Shown here: positions 48,642 through 58,096 of the stretch, in pieces
Layout: every line of letters starts with the position of its first letter
Numbering within the stretch: position 1 is the first letter of the stretch
Origin: an uncultured Gammaproteobacteria bacterium
GTDB taxonomy: Bacteria > Patescibacteriota > Patescibacteriia > Patescibacteriales > UBA12465
Length of the DNA stretch: 64,000 bases
Assembly: GCA_964466835.1 (NCBI GenBank)
Contig: CAYXNV010000002.1
Coordinates: 3,779 to 67,778, forward strand
Direction: 5' to 3'
Translations under genes and position numbers: made by a program
The notes under the pieces: generated by a model
Database searches by the model: none
Told to the model about the DNA's origin: nothing
The model's input: only the letters and a program-made list of their open reading frames with translations

Positions 48642-49049
48642 ATGTTAATGCCAAAGAAAACTAAATATCGAAAAGATCATAAACGTCGCCGAGGCGGTAA
48701 AGCTACCCGCATGACTAAAATTAGTTTTGGTAGTTATGGTTTGAAGAGTTTAAGTGCCCACTGGGTTACTTCTCGCCAAATTGAATCAGCTCGTCGAGTT
48801 ATTACCAGATATGTAAAAAAGGGTGGTAAAGTTTGGATTAGAATTTTTCCTGATAAGCCAGTTACTAACCATGGTGGTGAAATGGGCATGGGACAAGGTA
48901 AAGGTTCAGTTGACTATTATGTTGCTATTGTTAAGCCTGGTACAGTTATGTTTGAAATTGAAGGTATTGATAGAGAAACAGCCAAGGAAGCTTTGGAATT
49001 AGCCGCCTATAAACTACCAGTTAAGTGTAAGTTTGTCAGTAAAGACTAA
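48642..49049 (+). CDS. rplP: Ribosomal protein L16
   Basis: MLMPKKTKYRK... Confidence 0.9.
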   Translation: MLMPKKTKYRKDHKRRRGGKATRMTKISFGSYGLKSLSAHWVTSRQIESARRVITRYVKKGGKVWIRIFPDKPVTNHGGEMGMGQGKGSVDYYVAIVKPGTVMFEIEGIDRETAKEALELAAYKLPVKCKFVSKD

Positions 49050-49058
49050 TATAAAAAT

Positions 49059-49244
49059 ATGGAATTTAAAGAGTTAAAAAATAAAGATAAGAGTGATTTA
49101 CAAAAATTATTAAAAAGTTCTCGAGAAAAATTAAGAGAGCTACGCTTTAAGGACTCTAATAAACAATTAAAGAATATTAGAGAAATCAGAGCTCTCAGAA
49201 CAACCATCGCTCAGGTTTTAACTTTATTAAATAAACAAAAATAA
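49059..49244 (+). CDS. rpmC: Ribosomal protein L29
   Basis: Position and size; a single helical hairpin. Confidence 0.8.
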   Translation: MEFKELKNKDKSDLQKLLKSSREKLRELRFKDSNKQLKNIREIRALRTTIAQVLTLLNKQK

Positions 49245-49245
49245 T

Positions 49246-49503
49246 ATGTCCGATAAGAAAACTGAAAAAAAAGAAATAATTCGGAAAAAATTCACAGGCG
49301 AAGTCGTTAGTAATAAAAGTGATAAAACTATTGTTGTTAAAGTTGAAACTGTTAAACAACACCCTAAATATAAAAAAAGATACGTTGTTAGTCGCAAATA
49401 TCAGGTTCATGATGCTAAGAATGAGCACAAGGTTGGCGACAAAGTTGTCTTTATTGAATGTCGTCCCTTAAGTAAAACTAAACGGTGGCGAATTAGTAAG
49501 TAA
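49246..49503 (+). CDS. rpsQ: Ribosomal protein S17
   Basis: OB fold; operon position. Confidence 0.85.
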   Translation: MSDKKTEKKEIIRKKFTGEVVSNKSDKTIVVKVETVKQHPKYKKRYVVSRKYQVHDAKNEHKVGDKVVFIECRPLSKTKRWRISK

Positions 49504-49508
49504 ATTAT

Positions 49509-49883
49509 ATGATTCAAGTACAAACAATGTTAAATGTAGCTGATAATTCAGGCGCTAAAAAAGTCCAATGTATTAAAGTGTTGGGCGGTTATAAAAAGCG
49601 CTATGCTCGTGTTGGAGAAGTTATTACTGGAACTGTAAAAACCGCTACTCCTCATACTAGTGTTAAAAAGAGTGATGTTGTTAAGGCGGTAATTGTCAGA
49701 ACTAAAAAAGAAATCCGTCGTCCTGATGGTACTTATTTGCGTTTTGATGATAATGCTTGTGTTATTTTAGTTGATAGAGACAAAAAAGATATTAAGGGAA
49801 CAAGAATTTTTGGTCCCGTAGCTCGAGAAGTTAGACGAGCTGGTTATGTTAAAATTGCTTCTCTAGCCCCAGAAGTATTATAA
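49509..49883 (+). CDS. rplN: Ribosomal protein L14
   Basis: [18 protein letters not shown]... Confidence 0.95.
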   Translation: MIQVQTMLNVADNSGAKKVQCIKVLGGYKKRYARVGEVITGTVKTATPHTSVKKSDVVKAVIVRTKKEIRRPDGTYLRFDDNACVILVDRDKKDIKGTRIFGPVAREVRRAGYVKIASLAPEVL

Positions 49884-49894
49884 TTTTCCTTTAT

Positions 49895-50218
49895 ATGAAT
49901 ATTAAAAAGAATGACAAAGTAAAAATATTGACTGGCAAAGATAAAGGTAAAACTGGAAAAGTTTTACAGGTTTTGCCTAAGGAAAATAAACTTAGTATTG
50001 AAGGCTTGAATTTATTGATTAAGCATCTACGACCACGTCGTCAAGGTGAAAAGGGTCAAAGAATTGAATTTCCTTCTTTTATTAACGCCTCCAATGTAAT
50101 GTTGGTTTGTTCTAAGTGTGGTCGTTCTACTAGAGTTGCTTATCAGATTATTAAAGCTGAAGGCAAAAAGGATAAAAAGGTTAGAGTTTGTAAAAAGTGT
50201 AAAGAAATAATTGAGTAA
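49895..50218 (+). CDS. rplX: Ribosomal protein L24 with a C-terminal CxxC...CxxC zinc-ribbon-like motif
   Basis: KOW motif followed by CSKCGR...CKKCKE. Confidence 0.85.
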   Translation: MNIKKNDKVKILTGKDKGKTGKVLQVLPKENKLSIEGLNLLIKHLRPRRQGEKGQRIEFPSFINASNVMLVCSKCGRSTRVAYQIIKAEGKKDKKVRVCKKCKEIIE

Positions 50219-50228
50219 AATAAATCGT

Positions 50229-50774
50229 ATGAAATTAAAAGATAGATATAAAAAAGAAATATTACCACAATTAAAGAAGGATTTTGGTTATAAAAATGAT
50301 TTAATGGCTCCACGTTTAGAAAAGGTGGTAATTAATATTGGCTTTGGTCGTCATAGTAAAGAAAAAAGTTACATTGAGAATATTGAAAAAGGCTTAACTA
50401 AGATTGCTGGCCAGAAGCCAGTACTAACAGTTGCTAAAAAGTCAATTTCTGCCTTTAAAGTCAGACAAGGAATGACCATTGGTGCTAAAGTAACTTTGCG
50501 AGGCGAACGAATGTATGATTTTGTTGATAAATTAGTTAATGTTTCTTTTCCTCGAGTGCGTGATTTCCGTGGTTTAGATACTAAAGCAATTGATAGAAAA
50601 GGAAATTTAACAGTTGGCTTAAAAGAATATGCTGCTTTTCCTGAAATTAAAGCTGAGGATATCCAAGAAATGTATGGATTAGAAGTTTCTCTATCAACTA
50701 CCGCTAAAAATAGGGAAGAAGGTTTAGCCCTTTTTAATCTGATTGGCTTCCCATTTAAAAAAGAAACAAAGTAA
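50229..50774 (+). CDS. rplE: Ribosomal protein L5
   Basis: Aligns to the L5 N-terminus from [11 protein letters not shown]; the ORF track starts 6 codons earlier, overlapping rplX. Confidence 0.85.
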   Translation: MKLKDRYKKEILPQLKKDFGYKNDLMAPRLEKVVINIGFGRHSKEKSYIENIEKGLTKIAGQKPVLTVAKKSISAFKVRQGMTIGAKVTLRGERMYDFVDKLVNVSFPRVRDFRGLDTKAIDRKGNLTVGLKEYAAFPEIKAEDIQEMYGLEVSLSTTAKNREEGLALFNLIGFPFKKETK

Positions 50775-50784
50775 TTATATAAAT

Positions 50785-50970
50785 ATGGCTAGAACAGCAT
50801 TAATCGCAAAAGCAAAAAGAAAACCAAAATTTTCCACCCGCAAAATAAATCGTTGTTGGCGCTGTGGTCGTAATCATGGCTATATGCGTGATTTCCAATT
50901 ATGCCGCATTTGTTTTCGGGAATTAGCTGATAATGGTGATTTACCGGGAATTACTAAATCTAGCTGGTAA
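50785..50970 (+). CDS. rpsZ: Ribosomal protein S14 type Z (Zn-binding, 61 aa)
   Basis: CWRCGR...CRICFRE; start at [11 protein letters not shown]. Confidence 0.85.
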   Translation: MARTALIAKAKRKPKFSTRKINRCWRCGRNHGYMRDFQLCRICFRELADNGDLPGITKSSW

Positions 50971-50995
50971 TTATTAATAAACATTTACTAAAAAT

Positions 50996-51406
50996 ATGAC
51001 AGACCCAATCGCAGACATGTTTACAAGAATAAGAAATGCTTCCGCTGTTAAAAAATCAGAGGTTCTTTTGCCTATGAGTAAACTAAAATTGGAAATTGCT
51101 AAAATTTTAGCTACTGAAGGCTGGGTTAAAAAGGTTGATGTAGTGGCCGGAGGCTTAAATGGTCATCGTAGTAATTTTGACCAATTAAAGATTGAATTAA
51201 AATATCAGAAGAATGGTAAACCACAAATTACTTCTATTAAACGTTCTAGTAAGCCAGGGCTAAGAGTTTATGTTAGCAAAAGTGAAATTCCAACTGTCAG
51301 AAATAATTTTGGTTTTGCCATAATTTCTACTTCTCGTGGTATCATGACTAATAAGGAAGCTAAGAAGCAGAAAGTTGGCGGTGAATTGATTGGCGAAATA
51401 TATTAA
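50996..51406 (+). CDS. rpsH: Ribosomal protein S8
   Basis: MTDPIADMFTRIRNA... Confidence 0.9.
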   Translation: MTDPIADMFTRIRNASAVKKSEVLLPMSKLKLEIAKILATEGWVKKVDVVAGGLNGHRSNFDQLKIELKYQKNGKPQITSIKRSSKPGLRVYVSKSEIPTVRNNFGFAIISTSRGIMTNKEAKKQKVGGELIGEIY

Positions 51407-51417
51407 TCTAAAAAATT

Positions 51418-51963
51418 ATGTCACGTTTAGGAAAACTACCAATTGAATTATCAGACGGAGTCCAAGCTAATTTAGATAAAAATATTCTAAAAGTTAAAGG
51501 ACCCAAGGGTGAGCTACAACAAGAGATTATGCCAATTATTGAAGTTAAGATTGAAGATAATCAGATTATTGTTTCCCCTAAAGATTTAGAAGCTAAGAAT
51601 GTTAATGCTTTCTGGGGCTTAACTTGGAGTTTAGTTAGAAATATGGTTATTGGTGTTAGTGAAGGATTTGAGAAAAAATTAGAAGTTAATGGAGTTGGTT
51701 ATCGAGCTGCTTTAGCTGGCAAGAAATTAAATCTAAATTTAGGATTTTCTCATCCAGTTGAATTTAACTTACCAGAAGGAATTAATGCTGCAGTTGAGGG
51801 CAATATCATTACAATTAGTGGAATTAGCAAAGAGTTAGTGGGTGAAACCGCTGCTCAGATTAGAAAATTACGTAAACCAGAACCATATAAAGGTAAGGGT
51901 ATTAAATATGTTGATGAAGTAATTAGAAGAAAAGCAGGTAAGGCTGCTGCTAAAACTGAATAA
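51418..51963 (+). CDS. rplF: Ribosomal protein L6
   Basis: [11 protein letters not shown]... Confidence 0.9.
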   Translation: MSRLGKLPIELSDGVQANLDKNILKVKGPKGELQQEIMPIIEVKIEDNQIIVSPKDLEAKNVNAFWGLTWSLVRNMVIGVSEGFEKKLEVNGVGYRAALAGKKLNLNLGFSHPVEFNLPEGINAAVEGNIITISGISKELVGETAAQIRKLRKPEPYKGKGIKYVDEVIRRKAGKAAAKTE

Positions 51964-51974
51964 AGTTTAATTAT

Positions 51975-52328
51975 ATGATTAATGATAAGTTAAAAAAACA
52001 ACAACAAAAACGTCGTCATTCAAGAGTTAGAGCGAAAATTTCTGGGACAGCTAAACGGCCTCGTCTTAGTGTTTTTCGTTCTAATAAAGGTATGTATCTG
52101 CAATTAATTGATGACGAAAAAAGTAAAACCATAGCTAGCGCTTCAATTTTAGAAATTAAAAGTAAAGCCGGCAAGATTGATGTTGGAACAGAATTGGGGA
52201 AGCTAATTGCTAAAAAAGCCGGGGCAAAGAAAATTAAAGAAGTTGTTTTTGACCGTGGATCATATAAATACCATGGTCGAGTTAAGGCTGTAGCTGAAGG
52301 AGCCCGCGAAGGTGGTTTAAAATTTTAA
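51975..52328 (+). CDS. rplR: Ribosomal protein L18
   Basis: Operon position; L18 C-terminal block. Confidence 0.85.
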   Translation: MINDKLKKQQQKRRHSRVRAKISGTAKRPRLSVFRSNKGMYLQLIDDEKSKTIASASILEIKSKAGKIDVGTELGKLIAKKAGAKKIKEVVFDRGSYKYHGRVKAVAEGAREGGLKF

Positions 52329-52352
52329 ATTGAAAATTAATTTTATCACAAT

Positions 52353-53012
52353 ATGTCAGAAGATAAACAAACAAAACCAGAAGAAAATAAAGATAAAGGT
52401 GCCGCCGAAGTAGTAGCTAAAAGTGTTTATGGTGCTCAGAAAAAAGGTGGTCAAGCTGGTCCACGCGGTAGACGAGGAGATTTTCGTGGCAAAAATAGAG
52501 GTGGTGAAGATATGGATCAAAGAATTTTAGAAATTGCTCGAGTAACCAGAGTTATGGCTGGCGGGAAAAGAATGAATTTTCGTGCTTGTGTTGCCGTTGG
52601 TGATAAAAAAAAGAATAAAATTGGAATTGGAGTTGGCAAGGGGGCTGATGTTACTATTGCTATCAACAAAGCAGTTAATAGAGCTAAAAAAGAATTAATT
52701 ATAGTACCAATTGTTAATGAAACTATTCCTCATGAAGTTTATCACAAGTCTGGAGCCGCTAAGATCATTTTTAAACCAGCTAAGAAAGGACGAGGTGTTA
52801 TTGCTGGTGGAGTAATTAGGGTTATTTTAGAATTGGCTGGTGTCAAGAATATTACTAGTAAACTTTTAGGCTCTAAGAATAAAATCAATAACGCTCGTTG
52901 TACTATTGAAGCCTTGGCTAGTTTACATAAAGTTGAAAAGAAAGAAGAAGCTGCCAAACCAAAGGAAAAAAAGGAAGAAAAGAAGGATAATAAAAAAGAA
53001 AACAATAAATAA
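52353..53012 (+). CDS. rpsE: Ribosomal protein S5 with an N-terminal G/R-rich extension and a C-terminal K/E-rich extension
   Basis: S5 dsRBD and C-terminal domain (GVIAGGVIRVILELAGVKNI). Confidence 0.9.
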   Translation: MSEDKQTKPEENKDKGAAEVVAKSVYGAQKKGGQAGPRGRRGDFRGKNRGGEDMDQRILEIARVTRVMAGGKRMNFRACVAVGDKKKNKIGIGVGKGADVTIAINKAVNRAKKELIIVPIVNETIPHEVYHKSGAAKIIFKPAKKGRGVIAGGVIRVILELAGVKNITSKLLGSKNKINNARCTIEALASLHKVEKKEEAAKPKEKKEEKKDNKKENNK

Positions 53013-53031
53013 AGCTTATTAGTATAAAAAT

Positions 53032-53445
53032 ATGTTATCTTTAAATACTGTTAAAAAATCAAAGGGAACCAAACAAGGACGTAAGCGAGTTGGTCGTGGC
53101 AACGCCTCAGGACGTGGTACTTATAGTACCCGCGGCTTAAAAGGACAAAAATCACGTTCTGGTGTTACTAATCTTAAGAGATTAGGTATGAAACAGCAAC
53201 TTTTACAAATTCCCAAGGTTCGTGGTTTTAAATCTCATCGTCCTAAAAATCAAGTAGTAGGGGTTAAAGAAATCAATAATAATTTTAAAGATGATGAAAT
53301 TGTTAATCCAAGCACTCTTTTCGAGAAAAATCTAATCTCTAGTCCGAAATTACCTATTAAAATTTTAGGTAAAGAAAAGTTGACGGTTAAAGTAAAATTT
53401 GAGAAAGTTAAGATGAGTGAATCTGTTAGTAAGCAAATAAAATAA
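53032..53445 (+). CDS. rplO: Ribosomal protein L15
   Basis: Glycine/arginine-rich N-terminus; directly follows rpsE with no rpmD between them. Confidence 0.85.
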   Translation: MLSLNTVKKSKGTKQGRKRVGRGNASGRGTYSTRGLKGQKSRSGVTNLKRLGMKQQLLQIPKVRGFKSHRPKNQVVGVKEINNNFKDDEIVNPSTLFEKNLISSPKLPIKILGKEKLTVKVKFEKVKMSESVSKQIK

Positions 53446-53454
53446 TTTATTTAT

Positions 53455-54726
53455 ATGTTTGATAAATTAATTCAAATTTGGAAAGCCAGAGATTTAAGAA
53501 AGAATATCTTGTTTGTTTTGGGTATGTTGGTTATTTTCCGACTAGCTGCTCATATTCCAATTCCCGGTGTTGATTTAGTAGCTTTAAAAAATCTATTTGC
53601 TTCTAATCAGATTTTAGGCTTGTTGAATCTTTTTTCTGGTGGTGGTATGGAAACCTTTTCAGTAGTAATGATGGGGGTTGGTCCTTATATTACCTCTTCT
53701 ATTATTTTCCAACTTCTAGGCATGGTTGTTCCTAAATTAGAAGAAATGCAGAAAGAAGAATCTGGGCGAGCTAAGATTAATAAATGGACCAGAATGGCTA
53801 CTGTCCCTTTAGCAGCTCTTCAAGCTTATGGCATGATTACTCTATTACGTAATAGTTCAGCTGGTATTGTTGGTAGCATTAATCCTTTTGATTTTGCTAC
53901 TATGATTCTTACAGTTACCGCTGGCTCTATTTTTCTGATGTGGTTGGGAGAATTAATTTCTGAAAAAAATGTTGGTAATGGTATTTCTTTAATTATCTTC
54001 GCTGGTATTATTGCTAGCTTGCCTAAAGTTGTTCAACAAATTGCTTTTACCTTTGATCAATCTCAGTTATATATGTTAATTGGTTTTGTAGTTATTGCTT
54101 TAGTCACAATTATTGGGGTGGTTATTATTAATGAAGGTCAACGCAATATTCCAGTTCAATATGCACGACAAATAAGGGGTAACCGAGCCTATGGTGGCAC
54201 TAGTACTCATTTGCCGTTGCGAGTAAATATGGCTGGTGTTATTCCAATTATCTTCGCTATCTCAGTTGTTTTATTCCCCTCGATGATTGCTCAATTTTTG
54301 GTTCATGCTAAAACTATTTGGATAGCTAATTTCGCCAATTGGGTGATCATGATGTTTAATAATCAATTATTCTATGGCATAGTTTACTTCCTATTAGTTG
54401 TTGCCTTTACCTATTTCTATACTGAAGTTATTTTCCATCCCACTCAAATTGCTGATAATTTGCAAAAACAAGGTGGCTTTATACCCGGAATCCGTCCTGG
54501 CAAGAATACCAGTGATTATTTATCCTATACCACTCACAAGATTATTTTAGTTGGTGCTTTATTCCTTGGTGTTATTGCTATTCTGCCATTATTTATGCGC
54601 TACTTCACTGGTATGCAATCTTTTGCTATTGGTGGCACCAGTCTTTTAATCGTGGTCGCAGTAGTAATTGAAACTGTTAAACAAATAGAATCTCAGTTGA
54701 CAATGAGAGAATATGATGGTTTATAG
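53455..54726 (+). CDS. secY: Preprotein translocase subunit SecY
   Basis: 10-TM SecY fold. Confidence 0.9.
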   Translation: MFDKLIQIWKARDLRKNILFVLGMLVIFRLAAHIPIPGVDLVALKNLFASNQILGLLNLFSGGGMETFSVVMMGVGPYITSSIIFQLLGMVVPKLEEMQKEESGRAKINKWTRMATVPLAALQAYGMITLLRNSSAGIVGSINPFDFATMILTVTAGSIFLMWLGELISEKNVGNGISLIIFAGIIASLPKVVQQIAFTFDQSQLYMLIGFVVIALVTIIGVVIINEGQRNIPVQYARQIRGNRAYGGTSTHLPLRVNMAGVIPIIFAISVVLFPSMIAQFLVHAKTIWIANFANWVIMMFNNQLFYGIVYFLLVVAFTYFYTEVIFHPTQIADNLQKQGGFIPGIRPGKNTSDYLSYTTHKIILVGALFLGVIAILPLFMRYFTGMQSFAIGGTSLLIVVAVVIETVKQIESQLTMREYDGL

Positions 54727-54753
54727 TTAAAATTTATATAAAATAAGAAAAAA

Positions 54754-54777
54754 GCGGCTTTATAGCCGTCTTTTTTT
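54754..54777. terminator. Intrinsic terminator after secY
   Basis: gcggct-ttat-agccgtc followed by TTTTTTT, with an A-tract upstream. Confidence 0.6.
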
Positions 54778-54793
54778 ATGTTATACTGGTATT

Positions 54794-55090
54794 ATGGATA
54801 TCAAAGATGTCCTAAAAGACGTAGGAAACTTAACTGATTATCGCCTTGAACAACGTTTAGATGAGATGATTCGCAAGAATCCTAGTTATAATCATTTAGA
54901 CAAAAAGAACCAGGCGCTGCTTTTGGATTTGTTAGATAAATATAAGGAAAAAGTGAGAAAAGGGATTAGGATTTCAGGTTTTTCTATTCGGAAGGATATG
55001 TATCGTCTTTATCGTAATCGAATTAAATTAAACTTAACTAAAATGGATCTAGATGCAATTAGGAAGATTTTGAAGAGTTTTAAAAATTAA
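54794..55090 (+). CDS. Hypothetical helical protein
   Basis: 98-aa ORF between secY and map. Confidence 0.4.
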   Translation: MDIKDVLKDVGNLTDYRLEQRLDEMIRKNPSYNHLDKKNQALLLDLLDKYKEKVRKGIRISGFSIRKDMYRLYRNRIKLNLTKMDLDAIRKILKSFKN

Positions 55091-55092
55091 TT

Positions 55093-55605
55093 ATGGGTAT
55101 TGATAATTTACCTCGCCGAAGTGGTAGTTTCCGAGCCACTAGTGGAGCGGGAAGTTTCAAAAGAAAATTTACTAGCGCTACTAAATTCGGCAGTCTTAAA
55201 AATTTAAGAGATAATAAAGAGGGTGTTCTAAAGGCGATCAAAAAATATGAACGCTCTATTAAGTTAGGTAGTTTTAATCGTAAAAGTCGAATTAGCGCTA
55301 TGAAAATGATTAAGGCGTCCGAAAAGAAAAAGGGTCGCATGTTAACCAGAGATGATAGAAAAGATATTAGAAAGGTTTTTAATCATTTAGCTACTAAGTC
55401 CTCAGCTACACCTACTAAAGTCAGAGCAAAGGCAGAGCCTTTAGATAGACCCCGCACTAGACTAGGAGCATCGCCAATTAGAAGTCGAGTTATGCCCAAT
55501 GGCAGATTAAACACAGGGTTGGCTAATCAAAACCCAGAAACACCTCCTAGAGCCTCAGTTGATCAACCATCTTCATTCCCAGGAGGAGGATTAGCTCTTA
55601 AGTAA
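55093..55605 (+). CDS. Hypothetical highly basic, low-complexity protein
   Basis: 170 aa rich in K/R/S/T; predicted disordered; tightly coupled to map. Confidence 0.4.
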   Translation: MGIDNLPRRSGSFRATSGAGSFKRKFTSATKFGSLKNLRDNKEGVLKAIKKYERSIKLGSFNRKSRISAMKMIKASEKKKGRMLTRDDRKDIRKVFNHLATKSSATPTKVRAKAEPLDRPRTRLGASPIRSRVMPNGRLNTGLANQNPETPPRASVDQPSSFPGGGLALK

Positions 55606-55622
55606 AAGATTAAAGTTTTATT

Positions 55623-56453
55623 ATGTATATAAAAACTAAGGAAGAAATTAAAATAATGAGAGAGGGCGGTCGTAGATTGGCCGCTATTTTGTCGCGCTTG
55701 ATAAAAGAAGTTAAGCCAGGAATTAACACTAGTTATTTAGAAGATTTAGCTAACAAATTAATTGTAGAAAATGGAGGTGTTTCCGCTTTTAAAAACTATC
55801 CTTTAGGACAGGGTGTAATTTTTCCTTCTACACTTTGTATTTCTATCAATAATGAAGTCGTTCATGGCAGTGCTTTACCTAATCGAGTTATTAATGAGGG
55901 TGATATCGTTGATATTGATATCGGGATGGAATGGCCAGCTACTAAAGAATTACAAAAGGAATATAAAGCACCGATTAATCCTCACTCTAAAACTGGCGGT
56001 TTTTTCACTGACACCTGTACTACAGTTGGAGTTGGTAAAATTAGTGCTGAAGCTAAAAAACTAATTCAAGTTACCAGAGAATGTTTAGAGTTAGCTATTA
56101 AAGAAGTAAAGCCTGATAATACCATTAATGATATTGCTCGAGCAGTGCAAACTTTAGCTGAAAGTCATAGCTATGGCGTAGTTAAAGATTTAGTTGGCCA
56201 TGGGGTTGGTTATTTCCCCCATGAAAAACCAGATGTTTTTAACTTTGAAATTGCTGAGAAATCACCGGAAAATATTACTTTGAAACCAGGAATGGTGATT
56301 GCTATTGAACCAATGGTTAATCAAGGTACTTGGAAGGTGAAAACAGCCAAAGATGGCTTTACCGTCCTGACCGAAGATGGTCTTCCCAGTGCCCATTTTG
56401 AGCATACAGTAGCCGTGACTGAAGATGGCTATGAAATATTAACAAAAGTATGA
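55623..56453 (+). CDS. map: Methionine aminopeptidase type I
   Basis: Pita-bread fold metal ligands (DIDIG, VGHGVG, EPM, EHT). Confidence 0.85.
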   Translation: MYIKTKEEIKIMREGGRRLAAILSRLIKEVKPGINTSYLEDLANKLIVENGGVSAFKNYPLGQGVIFPSTLCISINNEVVHGSALPNRVINEGDIVDIDIGMEWPATKELQKEYKAPINPHSKTGGFFTDTCTTVGVGKISAEAKKLIQVTRECLELAIKEVKPDNTINDIARAVQTLAESHSYGVVKDLVGHGVGYFPHEKPDVFNFEIAEKSPENITLKPGMVIAIEPMVNQGTWKVKTAKDGFTVLTEDGLPSAHFEHTVAVTEDGYEILTKV

Positions 56454-56836
56454 GTGAAGAAATAAAAAAATATCTAGGGATTGATTGGGGAGAGAAAAGA
56501 ATCGGCTTAGCTATGGCTGATAGTGAAACTAATATTGCTCTACCACTTAGAACTGTTAATACACTGACAGAAGTTTTAGAAGTGATAGAAAAAGAAAATA
56601 TTAGGGAGGTTATTGTTGGTCATCCCAAAAAAATGAGTGGCGAAGCAGCTGATAATCCCAGTTGGTTTAATTTTATTAAACAATTAAAAGAGAAGTGTCC
56701 TTGTTCAATTATGCTTTTAGATGAGCGTCTTAGTAGTATAGCGGTTGATGCTTTAGTTGGCGAGGCTAAGGATAAGGCTAATCGCGATGATGTAGCCGCC
56801 ACTATTATTCTCCAAGATTATTTAGATAGAATTTAA
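56450..56836 (+). CDS. ruvX: RuvX/YqgF Holliday-junction-resolvase-like pre-16S rRNA nuclease
   Basis: LGIDWGEKRIGLAMAD N-terminal motif. Confidence 0.8.
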   Translation: MSEEIKKYLGIDWGEKRIGLAMADSETNIALPLRTVNTLTEVLEVIEKENIREVIVGHPKKMSGEAADNPSWFNFIKQLKEKCPCSIMLLDERLSSIAVDALVGEAKDKANRDDVAATIILQDYLDRI

Positions 56837-56837
56837 T

Positions 56838-57557
56838 ATGGACGAAACTAAGAATACATTAGCTATTATTTTGAAACGTCAAAGCTATCGTGAAAACGAT
56901 AGCTTAGTTATTGTCTATACTAAAAAATTTGGCAAACTATCATTAGTAGCTCGAGGAACTAAGAAAACTCAGTCTAAGTTAGCTGGTCATTTAGAACCAA
57001 TTAGTTTAGCTGAGATAATGATAATAAAAGGGAAGGGACATGATTATATTGGTAGTGCTTTAGGCAAAGAAGCTTTTTTAAATATAAAAGATGATTTAAA
57101 TAAATTATATTACGCTGGCCAAGCTATTAGAATATTTAATCGCCTGATTAAAGACAGCCAAGCTGATGAACGTTTATTTTATCTATTAAAAAATTGGTTA
57201 GAGCTGATAAACACTGTTGATGTTTTAGATAAGGAGAGAGGAGAATTGTTTCTTGGCTTTTTTGTAATTAGACTATTAAGTGAACTAGGCTATTCTCCAG
57301 AAATGAGTAATTGCTTAGTTTGTAAGCAGAAAATAACGCCAGGCAATAACTATTTTAATCTCCAGAGTGGAGGAGTGGTTGATAAAGATTGTTTTCAAGC
57401 TAACAATAATCTAATTAAAATTTCTGATGACACAATCAAATTAATTAAATTTATTCTCAATAACAAGTTTAATCAATCTAGCAAAGTGAAAGTTAATAAA
57501 AAAATAATTAAAGAACTATCAAGCCTAACTAATAATTTTTTAAACTATCATCTATAA
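56838..57557 (+). CDS. recO: DNA repair protein RecO
   Basis: N-terminal OB-fold block (AIILKRQSYRENDSLVIVYT) and CxxC zinc motif. Confidence 0.75.
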   Translation: MDETKNTLAIILKRQSYRENDSLVIVYTKKFGKLSLVARGTKKTQSKLAGHLEPISLAEIMIIKGKGHDYIGSALGKEAFLNIKDDLNKLYYAGQAIRIFNRLIKDSQADERLFYLLKNWLELINTVDVLDKERGELFLGFFVIRLLSELGYSPEMSNCLVCKQKITPGNNYFNLQSGGVVDKDCFQANNNLIKISDDTIKLIKFILNNKFNQSSKVKVNKKIIKELSSLTNNFLNYHL

Positions 57558-57576
57558 GTATCTATAAAGAAAAAAA

Positions 57577-57605
57577 CCTCGTTTATATTAAACGGGTTTT
57601 TGTAT
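57577..57605. terminator. Intrinsic terminator between recO and the minus-strand small gene
   Basis: cgttta-tat-taaacg hairpin with flanking A-tract and T-tract. Confidence 0.5.
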
Positions 57606-57623
57606 TGTTTTTTTGTTCAAAAA

Positions 57624-57881
57624 TTAATTTTGAATCAGGAATTTGAAATTTCTTCTCGCATCACTCCATTGACTTTCAGATATTAAAGCCATAATAAAGG
57701 AATAAAGCGATAGCACCATAATAACATGCATGGAGAAAGTACCCCATCTTTCTGGAAGATATTGTATCTGTCCAAATAGATCGGTGAAAAGCGCGCTGTA
57801 CATAATCAGGGTCAGAAGGACGTAAACAAAGAATTGAATTCCTTCATTTCTCATTTTTTTCTTTAATTGTTTGGTTTCCAT
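57624..57881 (-). CDS. Hypothetical small 2-TM membrane protein
   Basis: 85-aa ORF with two hydrophobic helices. Confidence 0.4.
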   Translation of the reverse strand: METKQLKKKMRNEGIQFFVYVLLTLIMYSALFTDLFGQIQYLPERWGTFSMHVIMVLSLYSFIMALISESQWSDARRNFKFLIQN

Positions 57882-57998
57882 TACTTGATTCTTGGTTTTT
57901 AAATAACTAATTATTATATATTATCACATTTTACTTATTTTGTCAATATATAGGATAAACTATTGAATATTAGGGGAAATAATCGGGTTGTTTTTTTC

Positions 57999-58027
57999 TT
58001 GCTAAAATCACTAAAATAAGATAGAAT
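57999..58027 (+). promoter_or_regulatory. Candidate promoter for aspS (TTGCTA, 17-nt spacer, TAGAAT)
   Basis: Hexamers and spacing seen in the sequence; 70-nt leader. Confidence 0.35.
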
Positions 58028-58096
58028 TTAAGTAGTTAAATAAGACAATTTCTAATAAATTCAGGCCTGCTAAGGGCTTGAGCTTAATTTATCTAT

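Noticed and set aside
52742-53005. 87-aa minus-strand ORF inside rpsE
   Set aside because: Shadow ORF within a well-supported ribosomal protein gene.
57882-58096. Possible T-box riboswitch upstream of aspS
   Set aside because: The 215-nt leader lacks the conserved T-box sequence (AAnnnGGGTGGnACCGCG) and a specifier-loop architecture. Only a plausible promoter was found.
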